Below are positions 13,726 through 27,700 of a stretch of DNA of 64,000 nt, one piece after another. How positions within the stretch are numbered: the first letter of the stretch is position 1; every line of letters starts with the position of its first letter. Both the position numbers and the translations under genes were made by a program. The notes under the pieces were generated by a model. The model worked only from the letters and a program-made list of their open reading frames with translations, did no database searches and was not told the origin of the DNA. Source of the stretch: Hormiphora californensis (Eukaryota; Animalia; Ctenophora); the NCBI GenBank assembly GCA_020137815.1, contig CM035358.1, positions 1,550,001 through 1,614,000 on the forward strand, in the 5' to 3' direction.

Positions 13726-14416
13726 AGAGTAAGGGAGCAAGCTACAGTCCTGGCGTGTTTGAATCCTAGACCTAGAGTTGGTCTGAGTTCTAACTGCACT
13801 TGGTGGATATCTTGGAAAATATTATCTTTATTTCGCTGACGAATTATTATATCGACATTATCAACAGTTTTATTGTAAAAATGAACATTCTTTGTCAATT
13901 TAAGAGACATATATTTCGCACTTGTGTATATTTCATCTTCTATTTATTTACCGCTGGTTAATTCTTTGTTTTTTGTCCCTTCTGTAAATTCCAGATGTTC
14001 TAGACGGTCTCAAAGATATCAGCCATTCCCTGGGACATCTAGGATTACGTTCACTAGGCAGTGAATAGTGTTTTCCATCTCTCATTGTTTTGTCGTTCCA
14101 ATGAACTGAATACTACTAAAATTGCTTAAAAAACTAAAAGGTTGGACTGTGGTGTCGATCGTCTAAGGATAGTGCTAAAAGATGTTTCCAAGTTAACAAA
14201 GTCAGAACCCTTCGGTATCAACGAAGGATGGGTCTGCCTAAAACGTGCAGGATATTTTTACAGGAGTGCAACTGAGAACTTTGCTACTATACCGTTTATT
14301 TGGCTCTGAACGGTAAAATTTAAAAATGTGGCATATCTGTGTGTCTGACACACGCATCGAAGCTAGAGAGAGTGATAAAAATATGAGTGAATTAGGTACA
14401 GTAGGGAACACAGTGC

Positions 14417-14722
14417 TTCTTCTTCTACTTCTTCTTCGAGGACGCTGGCTATGGGTGGGTGTCATGAAGCCCCCGTTTCCCGTCCTGGGTGATGTGGCTG
14501 GTATGTTGCCAAGCTGCTTCGGCCCAAGGAGACTTGGGGAGCTGGTGCTATACCAGGTCACAGGGGTTATGAGTATTCGCTCATTTGCTGTTCCCCTAAT
14601 CCCCTATCAACAACACAGTGCAGTACCACACGGTCGCCAAATCCCGTGTACTCAGGGCCAGGGGCGGTGCTCTCTGTCAGGGGGTATGAGGGTGAAACCC
14701 TCCATAGCAGTGGCCATAGCAA
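14417..14722 (+). ncRNA. Candidate structured RNA or SINE-like element of unknown family
   Basis: Nested helices with C(UUCG)G, GAGA and GAAA tetraloops on the + strand, preceded by a (CTT)n tract. No family signature recognised. Confidence 0.35.
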
Positions 14723-14799
14723 CGTACAGTACACTAAAGTAGATTTGATGGGTTGATGGGTGAAGAGCACAGGCTACAGTCATGACAACTGAGAAAACG

Positions 14800-15060
14800 C
14801 TTGTGCCTTGTTCAAAGAAAAGTTTGGCAAACGTTGCGGGATAAGGCAGCGCTTTTCAAAAGAAAAGTGTGACAAAGAGCTCAAAAGTTCAAAATCGAGA
14901 TCACGATCAACAAAGCAAAAAATACTCCTGCGCGGCGCTTAATTTAGAATTGTTAGCGCGTTACGTTTAATGCAGCGAAGTATTGCCAAATAATATCGCG
15001 TTGCGTCGTGTAAAATTAAATCTCAAGTCGGATTTTTTGAAGATTTTTTGAAAATTTAGT
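14800..15060. promoter_or_regulatory. CpG-rich putative promoter, possibly for the minus-strand MSL3-like gene
   Basis: gcgcggcgc, agcgcg and tcgcg cluster with the same composition as 5030-5230. Confidence 0.3.
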
Positions 15061-16114
15061 TTTCTGGGGCTTCTTCTAGGCTGACAGCCACGCCGTAGCC
15101 ACCCCGGGGCTTCGAGTTGCATCACATGCATTAGTATGACTTCTTAATGGATTATAACCGGAAAATATTGTGTCCCTGGTGCCTGGAGGGCCTCTGCTAG
15201 AGGCTGGAGCGCCTGGCATGAGTTATGATTGGACAGGCATGTAGGGGAAGTTTTGAAAGTGGTGGGGCCAAATTTTTTGGTCACGTTATATGACATACAT
15301 CTACTTTTCTGTTGAAAATTTGGGGGAAATTTGAATAGATTGGGCGAAGCGATAGCGGAGCCCGAGAAAAATTTTCGGTTTTTTGGCCAAAAAGTCATAG
15401 TTTTTGTCTAATCATGAAAGGTACTGGGGCCATTTCTCGAAAATTACTGGGACCATGGCGTACCCTGCCCCCCCCCCCCCTTCCCCTACATGCGTGTGAT
15501 TGGATGATTGAGGCCATCCTTTTCCGATTCTTGGCCACGCCAACATCAGAGATAAGCAATTAGTTGGGGCATTTATAAATTAAATGATTTATTTCAAGAA
15601 TGAAGAGTTGCATTTTTCAATATCCTCTGTGTCCTGTGGGAGCTCAACTGTTTAGAAAGTGTGTGAGACGTGTGTTGTTATATCCAAGGCTTTAATTAAA
15701 CTCTAATGTTATTACACTAAAGACTAAAGATTTACTACTTACTCCAGAAAACAGAAGACCATTTCATACAACCAGATTGGTTTATACCAAGCAAATGCGA
15801 CTGTTCGTACTTTCTCTGTGATGAAAACAGGACAAACTGTTAACTTTATACTTGAAAACTTTTCAATCCAATATGAAGAAAAGACAGTAGCAAACTAAGC
15901 AAAAAGTGCCTCTCACAAACAGGAAAGAGATCCTTGTACAATCTGCAATTACATGATAGTTTTCCTATAGAGATTTGTTTCACAAAATAATACAACTCAT
16001 GATAATGAATCTTGAATCTTCAAAAAATGTTTAGGTAAAAAAAGTGTACGCAATTAGACACTACATCAACACCAATATTTGGCCATGTACCAACTCCAAT
16101 AGAACCTTTGAAAT

Positions 16115-16756
16115 AGTCAGGACCACTATTGGTGCGCGGTCGTGCCCACGGAAGGAGTGCTTGGATCATCTTGAAACCGGTTTTAAGTTCACTAATGCAT
16201 GCCTAAAAGTGTCTGTAGCCATTTGGGTGATGTTCTGATAATCCAATCACGAGTTATGACCGAAAAACAGTCAAAAAAGACGTTTTAAAGTGACAAAAAG
16301 GAGGATCTGAACACAGCCCTTATATGAAGGGCTGGGGCTTTGAAACTTCTTGTGTGGACAGAGAATCGTCCAAATTTGCAGCGTTAACTTTCAGATAGTT
16401 TCTATCTTTTGTAGTTATCTAATTAGAGTCGTTTAAACATGTGAGAAGTTGCTAAAGGGTCCTATAATACTGCTTGTGAAGTGATCACTTGACGAGATTT
16501 GCCCAATTAGAGAGCGGATTAAAGCATACAAGCGGTGAGAGCAAGCAATATGAGACGGAAGCAGTACCTAATCACCCTGTTTTGCAGGGTCATAAAGATC
16601 GTCTCACATGTTTAAACGACTCTAATTAGATAACTACAAAAGATAGAAACTATCTGAAAGTTGACACTGCAAATTTGGACGATTCTCTGTCCACACAAGA
16701 AGTTTCAAAGCCCCAGCCCTTCATATAAGGGCTGTGTTCAGATCCTCCTTATGTCA
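16115..16756. mobile_element. Palindromic (foldback) MITE, right arm cut off by low-quality sequence
   Basis: 16291-16446 is a near-perfect inverted repeat of 16602-16756. The garbled duplicate at ~18260-19120 shows the arms extend to gtcaggaccac...gtggtcctgac. Confidence 0.7.
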
Positions 16757-17262
16757 AAGGGGGAAAAAAAGGGTTTGGCCAAAAAAAAAAGGGGGGGGGG
16801 GGTTTTGCGGAAAAAAAATTTTAAAGGGAAAAGGGGGGGGCCCCCCTTTTCAAAAAAGGGAAAAGGGTTTTTTGAAACAAAAAAAAAAGCTTCCAAAAGT
16901 TTTCCCAAAAAATTCCCGGGGGAAAAAAGGGTTTTTTAAAAACCCCCCCCCCCCCCCCGGGGGGGGGGGAAAAAAGGGCCCAAAAAATACTCCTGGCGGG
17001 CCCCCTGGAATTAGGAAAAGGTTTAGCGGGAATTTTTAAAAAAGGGTTTTGGGGCCAAATTTTTGGTTTCCGTTTAAAATAAAATTTTAATTTTTTTAAA
17101 AATTTTTTAAAAAATTTTGTTTTGGGTTTTGGGGAAACCCAACCCCCGGACCCCCGGGAAAAAATTTTGGTTTTTTGGAAAAAGGCAAATTTTTGTTTTT
17201 AACTATGAAAGGTCCCCTGGGGATTTTTTTTTGGAAAAATTAGGGGAAAAGGGGGGGCCAAA

Positions 17263-17299
<37 letters not shown>

Positions 17300-17509
17300 C
17301 AAACCAAAAAAAAAAAAAATTTTGAAAAAAAAAAAAAAAACAAAAAAAACAAAAAAAAAAAACCAAAAAAAAAAAACCCAAAAAAAAAAAACAAAAAAAA
17401 CCAAAAACCCAAAAACCGAAAAAAAAAAACCCAAAAAAAAAACCCCCCCCCCCCGCAAAAAAACAAAAAAACCAAAAAACCCCCCCCAAAAAAAAAAACA
17501 AAACCCCCC

Positions 17510-17551
<42 letters not shown>

Positions 17552-20500
17552 TTCCCCACAATTGGGTGTGATTGTGATTTGAGGCCCCCTTTTTTCCGAT
17601 TCTTGGCCCCACCCCCCCAAAATAAGCTAACCAAATTATTTGGGGGCCCCATTTTTTAAATTAAATGTTTTATTTAAAAAAATTGAAAAAGGTTTTTTTG
17701 TTTTTTTTCCAATACCCTTCTGGGTCCTGTGGGGGGTAAAAACTGTTTAAAAAATTTTGGGTGAGACGGTGTTTATATAAAGGTTTAAAAAAACCCCAAA
17801 TTTGTTTTTACATTTTAAAGAATTTAAAAGTTTTTAACTTTATCCAAAAAAAACAAAAGACCTTTTTCATACAACCAGTTTGGGTTTTTTAAAACCAAGC
17901 AAATCCCCGATGTTGGGAACTTTTCGGTTTGAAAAACCGGACAAACTTTTTAATTTTTAAAATTTAAAAAATTTTTTCAATCCAAAAAATTGAAAAAAAA
18001 AAGCCCCAGGGGAAAACAAGGGCAAAAAGTGCCTCTAAAAAAACAAAGGAAAGAAAAATCCGGGTAAAATTTTGCAAATTACTGAATTTTTCCTTTTAGA
18101 GATTTTTTCAAAAAATAATACAACTCTTTGATAAGGGAATTTAAAATTTTTTAAAAAAAAGTTTGGGGGTAAAAAAAAGTTTTACGAAAATTAGACACTA
18201 ATAAAACCCCAATTTTGGGCCCAAATGTACCAACCCCAATAGAACCTTTGAAAATGAAAAAAGGGACCACTATTGGTGCGCGGCCCGTCCCCCACGGAAA
18301 GGAGGTTGTTTGGATATTTTGGGAAACCGGTTTTAAGTTCCCCAATCCCATCCCTTTAAAAAGTGTCTGAGCCATTGGGTGGGGTTTTGAAACCAATCAC
18401 GATTTTTGACCAAAAAACATTTAAAAAAAAAGGACTTTTTTAAAGTGACAAAAAAGGAGGATCTGAACACAGCCCTTATATAAAAGGGGGGGTTTGAAAC
18501 TTTTTTGTGGGGAAAGGGAGAATGGGTCCAAAATTTGCACCCGGTTAACTTTAAGAATTTTTCTATCTTTTGTATTTATCTAATAGAGTCTTTTTTTTTA
18601 AAAATGTGAGAAGTTGCTAAAGGGCCTATAAAAAAGGTTGGGAAGTGATCACTTGACGAGATTTGCCCAATTAGAGACGGTTTTTTAAAGCATAAAAACG
18701 GTGAGAGAAAAGAAATATGAGAGGGGGAAAGCAGCCCTAACACCCTTTTTTTGCGGGGGTTTCCATAAAGATGTTACATTTTTTTTTTAAACGACTCAAA
18801 TTTAGAAAAAACTAAAAAAAGTTTAAAAAACATTGAAAGTTGACACTCCCAAATTTTGACGTTTCTCTGCCCAAACAAGAATTTTCAAACCCCCACCCCT
18901 TTTCTTTAAAAGGGGCTGTGTTCAGACCTTTTATTGTCATTTTTAAAAAACGTTTTTTTTGACGTTTTTCGGTCAAAAATCTTTGTTTGGTTTCCAAAAA
19001 CATAACCCAAAGGGCTACAGCCCATTTTTGGGAGGCATTAGTGAATTTAAAAAACCGGTTTAAAAAGATGATCCAAGCATCCTTCCGTGGGCCCGACCGC
19101 GAAACCAATGTGGTCCTGACAAAAAGCTTTTTTATTTGTGCATTTGTTCCCACTTTTAATTGATTTTTCCTTTTTTAAATTGTAAGTGCATTTAAATTAA
19201 ATTATTTCCAAAATTTTTTACCCAAGAATGTCGTTCTGTTTAGATCACAAAAGCTGAGGGGGGCGGTTCCCGAAATTCAGGAAAGCCCTTTTTACCAGAG
19301 GGTTTTTGTAAAAACTTTTTAAAAAAAAGGGGAAAACTAATTTAATGGATAAAATTTTTTTACAGGTAAGGGGGACACAAAAAAAAACTTCTTTTGGTAT
19401 TTTTTTTTTTAAAATTATGGGGATAATTTTTTTAAAACATTTTTTCCCTTTTAAAGCATTTATTTTTACTGAAAACTCTCTTTTTGATTTTGAAAAAAGG
19501 GGGGGGGCCCCATAATGCCATGTTTGGAAATTTCAATTTGGCCCTTTTCACTAAAGTACCCAAGAAAACCCCAAAGAGAACCCAAAACAGAAGTGGAGAA
19601 AACCTCCCCTTTCCCCCAGGGGTGGAGTTCAGGCTGCAGGGGAAAAATTAACTTTAGCATTGGTAATTTGCGAAATTTAAAAAAATTTAAAATGAGGGGG
19701 GGATTTTCGAATGGGGGGGTGCCAACTTCAACAAAAAACTAGCCTTTTTCCCCATCAATATTTTTCAAAAAATTTTTATTTAAAAATGGAAACTAGAAGG
19801 TTTTTTGGTTGGGGTTGGGGGTTTTTTTCTTTTTTCTAAAAAGGGGAAGGTTTTGTTTTTTGGGGGGGACGACCCTTTTCCCAAAAACCCCCCCAAATGG
19901 GGGAAATTTGGGGTCCCCTCTTTCTTGGTTTTCCCAACCCCCCCAAAGGGGGGAACCAAAAAAAGGTTGGGGGGGGTGGGAGCTGGGGACATTTGGGTTT
20001 TTTGGGGGCTATTTTTGGTGGGAGAAAAACAGTCTACATAAACTGTGTAGAGGAGGGTCTTAGAGGTTATAGAGGGTTATAATAATGGGGGTGGGGTTTT
20101 TAAAATTTAGGGGGGGTTATGTCATTTCCCCATTATTATCTTTCTGTGGGATAATGATTAGGTTTTACTAATCTATGATAAACCCGGGGGATTCAATGTT
20201 AAATTTTTCACAACTTTTTATACTTATTTCAGATCTTTTCATCACTTTTATTTCACCAAAAATACTATTTGGAAGAAGAAGAAGCCCCTTTTTTCCCCTC
20301 TTCCTCCCCCCTCCCCCTTTTTCCCTCTCTCTCCTCTCAATTTTTCCCTCACTCTTTTCTCTCTCTCTCTCTTTTTCTCTCTCTTTTTCTCTCTTCTCTC
20401 TTCCCCTCTCCCCTTTTCCCCTTCTATCTGGCCTTTTTTCATCACATCCCCCTTTCTATACTAAATTTTTGGGAAAGGGAAATCCATTTTTGAGCGCTTT

Positions 20501-20589
20501 AAAGTTTACACACTCTATGCTCGCAGATAGGAGGAGTACCGGGGGGGGGGTAGAAATAACCTTTTCTACTGATGATGTGGGGACTCTCT

Positions 20590-20623
<34 letters not shown>

Positions 20624-22920
20624 TTCCCCTCCATCTTTTTCTCTCTCCCCTCTTCTCTTGTCTCTTCTTTTCCCCCTCTCTCTATTCCCTTCCTTTTCTC
20701 TCCCTCCTTTTCTCTTACTCTATCTATCTCTCGATTTTTATCTTTATTTCCCTCCGGGTCTCCAAAACCCTTTTTCTCTTTTTAGTTCGTTTAAACAAAA
20801 TTTTTCCCCAAACTCTTTCTTGTATACCGTTCGCGAACAGTTTCTTCGTTTTCAGTTTCTAAATTTTAGTTTCGAGTGTATTTTTAACAAAGCAACATTT
20901 TTTAACAAAAAAAGGGAAAAAAACTTTAACAATCCCCAAAATTTCCGGCCCCAGGGCTTCTGAACTTGCTGGGGTGGAACCCAAAATCGAAGGGAGTAAG
21001 GAAAAAATCTCAGGAAAAAGGAATCAATACCCTTTCCCTTTCCCTTCGGGTTTTGCCCTGTCTTTTCCAGTAAACTATATTCTTGACAAAAAGCCCTTTC
21101 CCGTGAGAAAAAGGGTTTTTTAATTTTGTCCCTTTCTATAGTTTTAGCCGTTCTCAAATGGGTTTGAATCCATTCAATTCGCTCTCCCTTTAAAATTATT
21201 GCCCCCACAGGCCACTTATATCAATTTTTATCTCGGGATCTGTGCCCCCCCTTATGTTCTTACGTTTTTTCCCCCGATGGTTCCAAACCAAAACCCCGAG
21301 TTGCCAAAATCTACACGTTCGTGTACCAAAGGGGAAATCCCCTTTTCCCCTAGTGTGCGTTTCGGAAAACTTTCAAAAAAAAAAAATTCTTTCCCCTCTC
21401 CCTCCCCCCAATCCCCCAAATGAAAGCCCCCCATTTTCCCCCCCAATTTTCCAATGCCCCCTCTACCCCCCCTTTTCAATTTTTCCCCAACCTCCAAGGT
21501 TCCTCCATTTTTCCCTCCTTCTCTCCTTTTTATCCCCCTCTTCTCCATTTTTCTATTTTCTATTTCGCCCCCTCTCCGCCTTCTTTTTTTGCCACCCAGT
21601 TTTGGCTTCCCCTTGCCTTTGTTTAAAGTGCCTTTTTTTTTGCCTCAACAATTTTCCCGGAGCGTTGTTTTTGCTCCAACCCCCGGGGGGGAGAGGGGAA
21701 GGGGGGGAGAGGGAAAAAGGGGGGGAGGAGGGAAGGGGGGGAGGGGAAACTTTTCAGGAACCCCTGTTTCCGCGGGGGCTGGTGCCCCTTTTCGGGGAAA
21801 TAAAGGGGGGCCCCTTTTTGGAGAAGAAAGGAAAGGGGGGTAAGGAAAGGAAAAACCCCCGGTGTAAGGGGGAAAGGCCCCTTTTTTACAAAGCCCCTGG
21901 CGTGACCGGCAGGGGAGCCGAAGAGAGCGAGAGGGAAAACCCCGGGGGGAGAGGGGAGTTTGGGGGAGGACCCCCCGAAGGGGAAAAGGTAGAGGGGCTT
22001 TTTTGTTGTTTTTATTTGGGGGTTTTTGGGGGGAATTTTGGGGTTTTTTTTTTTTTTTTCTCTTTTTTTTTCCCCCTTTTTTGGGAAGGCTTTGAGAAAA
22101 AGGGGGGCCCCAGGGGGGAATTGGGAATTTGGGGTCCTCCGGTAAATTGTTCCTAGGCCCTTGTTTGGGGGTGTTTCCCTTTTTTTGTTTTGTTTAATTT
22201 TTCCCCTTCCTTGCTTTTTTTTTTCTCTTCATTACCCCTCTTTCTTTTTTTAAAAAATAAATTCCCTCTAACCTTCCCACCCGAAGAAAAACCCCCAAAA
22301 AGGCGGGGGGAAAAGGAGGGAACTTTTAATGAAATTTAAAAAATGGGGAATAAAGGGTTTAAATTTTTTTCTTTCTTTTAAGGAAAAAGATTTCTTTTTT
22401 CCCTTTGGTCTCCATTCTCCTTGTTTTCCCTCTTTCCATTTCTTTTTCCCCCCCCTTCCTTTTTAGAAAGGAAAGGGTTGGCCCAAAAAACCCCGGTCTG
22501 ATTGGCCCATCACCCAAAAGTTTAGTTTTCCCCCCACCCCCCTTTTCTTTTCCCCTATTTTTTTAAGGCCCCCAACCTCTCGTTGATTCCTTTCCTGTGG
22601 TTTTCCCAATTTTTTCTTCCCCCACCCCAAACAAAAACCACCCCTTAAACCCACAACAGCCACACAAAAACCCCCCTTTCTTTCCCCCCCGTTTTTTTGG
22701 CCCTTTTCTAAAACTCTTTCTTTTTAAAAAATTTCCCTTTGGGTTCCCTTTTCAAAATTTTTCCTCTTTTCCCCCTTGGTTTTGGGTTTTAAAACCGGTT
22801 TTTTTTTAAGGCCCCCCCCTTTGGTTTTTTTCTGGGGCCCCCCCCCGGCCCCCCCCCTGGTTTTTTTTTTTTTCCCTTTTTTTATTTTTTTTCCTTTTTA
22901 AAATTTTTTGTTCCCAAACC
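16757..22920. other. Homopolymer-inflated low-quality assembly segment; ~16900-18930 re-reads ~15140-16750
   Basis: The same motifs recur in the same order (ccgattcttggcc, gtgcctct, caatagaacctttgaaa, gatctgaacacagcc) with every homopolymer run lengthened. ORFs are K/G/F/P low complexity. Confidence 0.85.
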
Positions 22921-23844
22921 AAATATCCCCTTGATGCACTTTAGGAGTTTAGGCCAGAGAAATGCATTATTATCATTGAATACATTATCCAAAATTCTTA
23001 TGTAGTTTTGAACAGAATTATAACTGGCGTGGTTTGTTACAGCTTCATTGTCATGATCATAATTAAACGTTTCATAATCAAATCATGATTCCAGAATGCG
23101 ATATTAGCTTAGTTTTAGTTTGTACAATAGCCAATCTCTCCCTGGCTATCTTTGTCTAGCTTTAACCCATCTCTCTCTCTTCCTCTCACTTGGATACACT
23201 TTACATGTATATACACGGTCTATCTTCGACACACCTGCGTTACCTGCGTGTACTTTTACAGCTCTATCATTGTGGCTCACCCCTCATCTCTGGGCTAATA
23301 AGCGCCATCGAGTGTCTTAGAACAGCAGCTATACGACTTGTACTGCTCTCCCTCTCCCACTTGTTCGTCCAGTGTTGTCTTGTTCAGTCTCTCTCAGTGT
23401 GTATCATCTGGTACATCTACCCTTCTTAGACCTCCTTTTTGTTTTACCCTTTGTGGTCCAGCCTCTCGCTCCTCCTTTTAATTTCTCCCTACAGGCCTAC
23501 ATACCGTGTATATCAACTCCACACGACACTACGGCGGGTATTATTCATCCAGGGAGAGAGGAGGGGAATATTCTGAAATATGAATTGGTGTGTGTATCTT
23601 TGTATGCCGTCTTTCTACTCCAGTACTAATAATGAGTCTACCTAACTATGATGAGGGAGGTATTTTATTGGGGTCATGAGGAGAATGAGGTCGTAGTTTT
23701 ATCAATGAATCAGCATCGGCAAGAAAAATGGAAGACTGTTAACTGGTTAAGAGAATGGAGGGAGCGAGTGAGAGAAAAAGGGTTATTGAGAAAGAGATTT
23801 GGAAAGAGTTGGAGAAATACTGCAATGAGAAAACGCGAGAGAGA

Positions 23845-23918
<74 letters not shown>

Positions 23919-23940
23919 GCGAGAGAGAGAGAGAGAGAGA

Positions 23941-23978
<38 letters not shown>

Positions 23979-24749
23979 CAGAGAGAGACAGAGAGACAGA
24001 GAGAGACAGAGAAATTGAGTAAATAACTTTAGAGGATTGTTGAGGCGCATGCCATACAGATTACAGCAGCGTATGGCTGATAGAGTGTGTGTTAGAGGCC
24101 TCAATTCTCAACTTACCTTTGCTTGTTGTACTTTGCTTTATTCGTTTCGTCCTATATACTAGTACTATTCTTCGTTATCAGGTGTATTTATGTGGTATTT
24201 ATTATAGTTCTTTAAGTAGCCCTCACTGACTATTAAGTCGCCCCGTGCTCTTTTGTTGCACCAGCTCTACCTTTATTGTATAGTGTTGAAAATTGCAGTT
24301 CTCTTCTTTCGTTCTAATCTTGATCACTGTGTTTTGAGTTTAGCCTCTATCTCTATCTCTCTATCATTATCTCTCTCCATTATCTCTCTCCATCCCTCAC
24401 TGCGGTATAATTCGTATAAAAGTGTAATCGATTAAACTTTACTAGCTGCTGTTCTAGTAGTGGATATTATATTCAACTAAAGTATTGCTACAGTTGTCTG
24501 ATTGCTACAGTTGTCTGATGCTTCTATATATTTAATTTTAATTCATCTGCTAGATCATGTCTTGTACATAATATCTGCATTTGATAGAGTCTCTCCACTG
24601 GTCACTGGCCACTTTTGTTTCAAACATCGAATTATTATTATCCTCTGAACTACGTTGAATTATGGAAACATTTGACCTACATTTATAAAACTTCCATCCT
24701 AAATGTTCCTATAGCTCCCTGATATATATCGTCCTGTGGAGTTACCACA

Positions 24750-27700
24750 ATGCACTCCTCACCTCGGATCCAGGCCCACACCTTCATACGATGGATGAAC
24801 AACAAACTAGTAAAGGCCCACAAACCCCTTGTTAGGTCCCTTGTCCGGGACCTCCAGACCGCCCTGCCCCTTTTGGCCCTAGTGGAGGTATGCCACGGGG
24901 AGACCCTGCCATTCGAGTATCACGACCCCTGTGAGACAGAGGAGAAAAGGGCGGAAAACTGGGCACGACTAACGGAGTTTCTTGTCGCGGAGAAAGTGAT
25001 TGATGAGGATATCGGTGAGAGAATTGTTGTTGTCTGATCTGAGAATTAGTAGGTGTCTGTTGGGGATCGGGAGCTTTTCGGGGGTTTTGGACCTGGTTGG
25101 GACTTGGGATAGTGATTAGTGGATATACATGTTTCGATACCACCATATTCCATGTTGTTGTCTTATATAACCGGCTGGAAAACAAAGAAAAACGGTAGTT
25201 ATGTAACCGATGCCCGTGTTTGTAATCTGTTCGTCTCTGCCATTTAAAGTGGTAACTGAACTGGGTTCATTTCATCATCTTGTTCCTTTTCTGCATAACT
25301 CGAACTCAACTTACAGTGCAGCACTCAATTAAATCTCGTTTTTACTTTTAAATATTTTCAGCTAACGACGACATTATGGCTGGAAATGTGAAGCTAATCC
25401 TGGGTCTAGTTTGGATGCTGATCCAGAAATATCACATCCAGTCAGAGGACGCTAAACGGGCAATGCTCGACTGGATACAGGTAATTGAATACACTATCCA
25501 CCATTTTAGTTATACATACTATTATTTACTGTAGAAGATCGTTAAGAATCTTTAAAACACAAGATCATTGAATGGCAGGTGGATAGAACCCACCCCTGGC
25601 TACCTGTGTGTTGTACCTGCCCAGTGCCCAGGGTGTGCTATTTTTTCAAATTACTAATTTAATTCAAAATTTCACTTGGTATCGGGTTAAATGAGCTCCT
25701 ACGATCATTCTAAAACATTTTATCACAAAGTTTTGGCTCTACCATGGCCCAATTACGTTGGCACGAGCTATGCCCATATATGGGCATATTCATTTCAAAA
25801 AGTCTGTTTTAGGGCGTTATTTCGAACAAAACAAACATATAAATCGTCTCGTGACAACTTATACAACTGTTACTTTCAGCTTGAGCCTTCAGATATCCAC
25901 TTTATGAACAAAAATAAAAATTTTTCTCCCTTTTTATCTTGCTAATTTTACCAACTTGCAGAATCGTGGGGACGAATTTTAATTTTTTTTTAGTTTTTTC
26001 TTGGTGGAAAGCAAATTTCGGTTGTAATCGACTAATTTTGGCCTGCGGAACACGATCCCGTTCATGAAAAAGCTCTCAAAATTTAAGAACATGTCCAAAA
26101 TGAACATTTTTTGTCAAAAATGAACATTTTTTGTCAAAAATGAACATTTTAAGTTCAAAAATAAACTTTAGCATCATTTAATGATGCATATCAATTCCTG
26201 TCAGTTTCGAGGTGCTGAACACGATCCTGAACATAAAAAGTTAATATCAAGAACATGTCAAAAACTGGTGAAAACCACACATATTTCCCTGTTTTTACCA
26301 TTTTTCGGTTAAAAACTACACTTTTTGAATCGCGATGCCAACGTAACTGACAAACACTATCTCGATTCTGTTTTGCTGATGTGATAGAGAATTGTCTATA
26401 GTTTCACATTAGCTAGATACTGAATGGCCTAGTCGAAAAAAATTTGAAATAGCACACCCTAGGCCCACTGCCCACTGAATAACACTGTGTTTATCTTTAG
26501 ATAGTAGTACCGGATGCTAACGTTAAGAACTTCACGAATGACTGGAACGATGGTAGGGTGCTCTCAGCCCTTGTAGAGACATGTCTTCCTGGTGCTATCC
26601 CTGACTGGAAGGAGTTAGACCCAATGAATGCCGTGGAGAATATTACAGCTGCCATGCAGGTACATATTGATTGATTTGATTTAAGAATTTGGATATAAAC
26701 AAATAATTTCCTCAGCTAGCAGAAGAAGAGCTATCCATCCCAGCTCTCCTCGCGCCAGATGACATGGCTAATCCAGATGTAGATGAGCTATCCATCATGA
26801 CCTATGTTGCCTGCTTCAACCCCCAGCTTCTACAGAATCTTCTTTACTGGGTCCAGTCCAAACTACCTCACAGGTCAGTGGGATAGTTCACTCTGTGAGG
26901 GTTCGTGTATCAAACTGGGACATGTTCGATTTTATTGAGATAGCGAGTTCTTGAGATAATTCGCCAGTAATAATGAAACAAAACATGGAGTGACGTCTGT
27001 CTCGAGACAGTTTTAATGAGTTACCGGCAACAATATATATCCCCACTTTACAGGAGTATTGAGAACCTGAACCTAGATTGGAGTAACGGTGTTAACCTGG
27101 CATTCCTAGTGGAATCCCTAGCACCGGGAACCTGGGAGAACCTGGACCTTGTCAGTCCTGATACAGGTACTGCAGTCGAACCCCAATTTACCGGGAGGTA
27201 TTCGACCTTCTCTCATAGCGCCCCTGTTGTTAGGGAACATAACAAACATACATATCCCATGTTTGATGTTTCTGATAGTTACTGTCCCTGCGTTTCCCTA
27301 ACGGACGTTTTTCTTACTCCAAATCCCTAGTTCTAATATAACAGCCTTAGTTGTTAGTTTATTTTGAAGCTTTGTCGAATGTTCTCTCTCTCTCTCTCTC
27401 TCGCATTCCCTCGCTCACATTCCATTAACTAGGTAGTAATATTATTCGAAAAATATTTTGGTGCTTCGCTTCCGTCCGGTTATTCACATTCAATTGAAAT
27501 AAATATTGAAATCGACTACCCCACACATTACACACTCAATAGCATAACATGTGTCAGCCATATCCTGATCTACTTAAATCTACATCGTGTCTTACTATTC
27601 CATGAATATTATAATCTAACCTCCCAATAGCCAGGAGCAATCTACAGACAGGACTAAAGCTAGCGTATGATGCCCTCGGAGTATTTCCTCGTGTCAAGAT

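Noticed and set aside
14590-14608. Telomerase RNA template (cccctaatccccta)
   Set aside because: It would template an 8-nt repeat rather than TTAGGG, and I saw no clear pseudoknot or H/ACA domain.
16757-22920. Poly-K/G/F ORFs, G-quadruplex-like runs and an apparent tandem duplication of 15.1-16.7 kb
   Set aside because: Systematic homopolymer inflation indicates a sequencing or polishing artefact.
27173-27200. pogo-like TIR remnant (cagtcgaaccccaatttaccg) at the start of filamin intron 5
   Set aside because: No partner TIR was found and it is too short to call an element.
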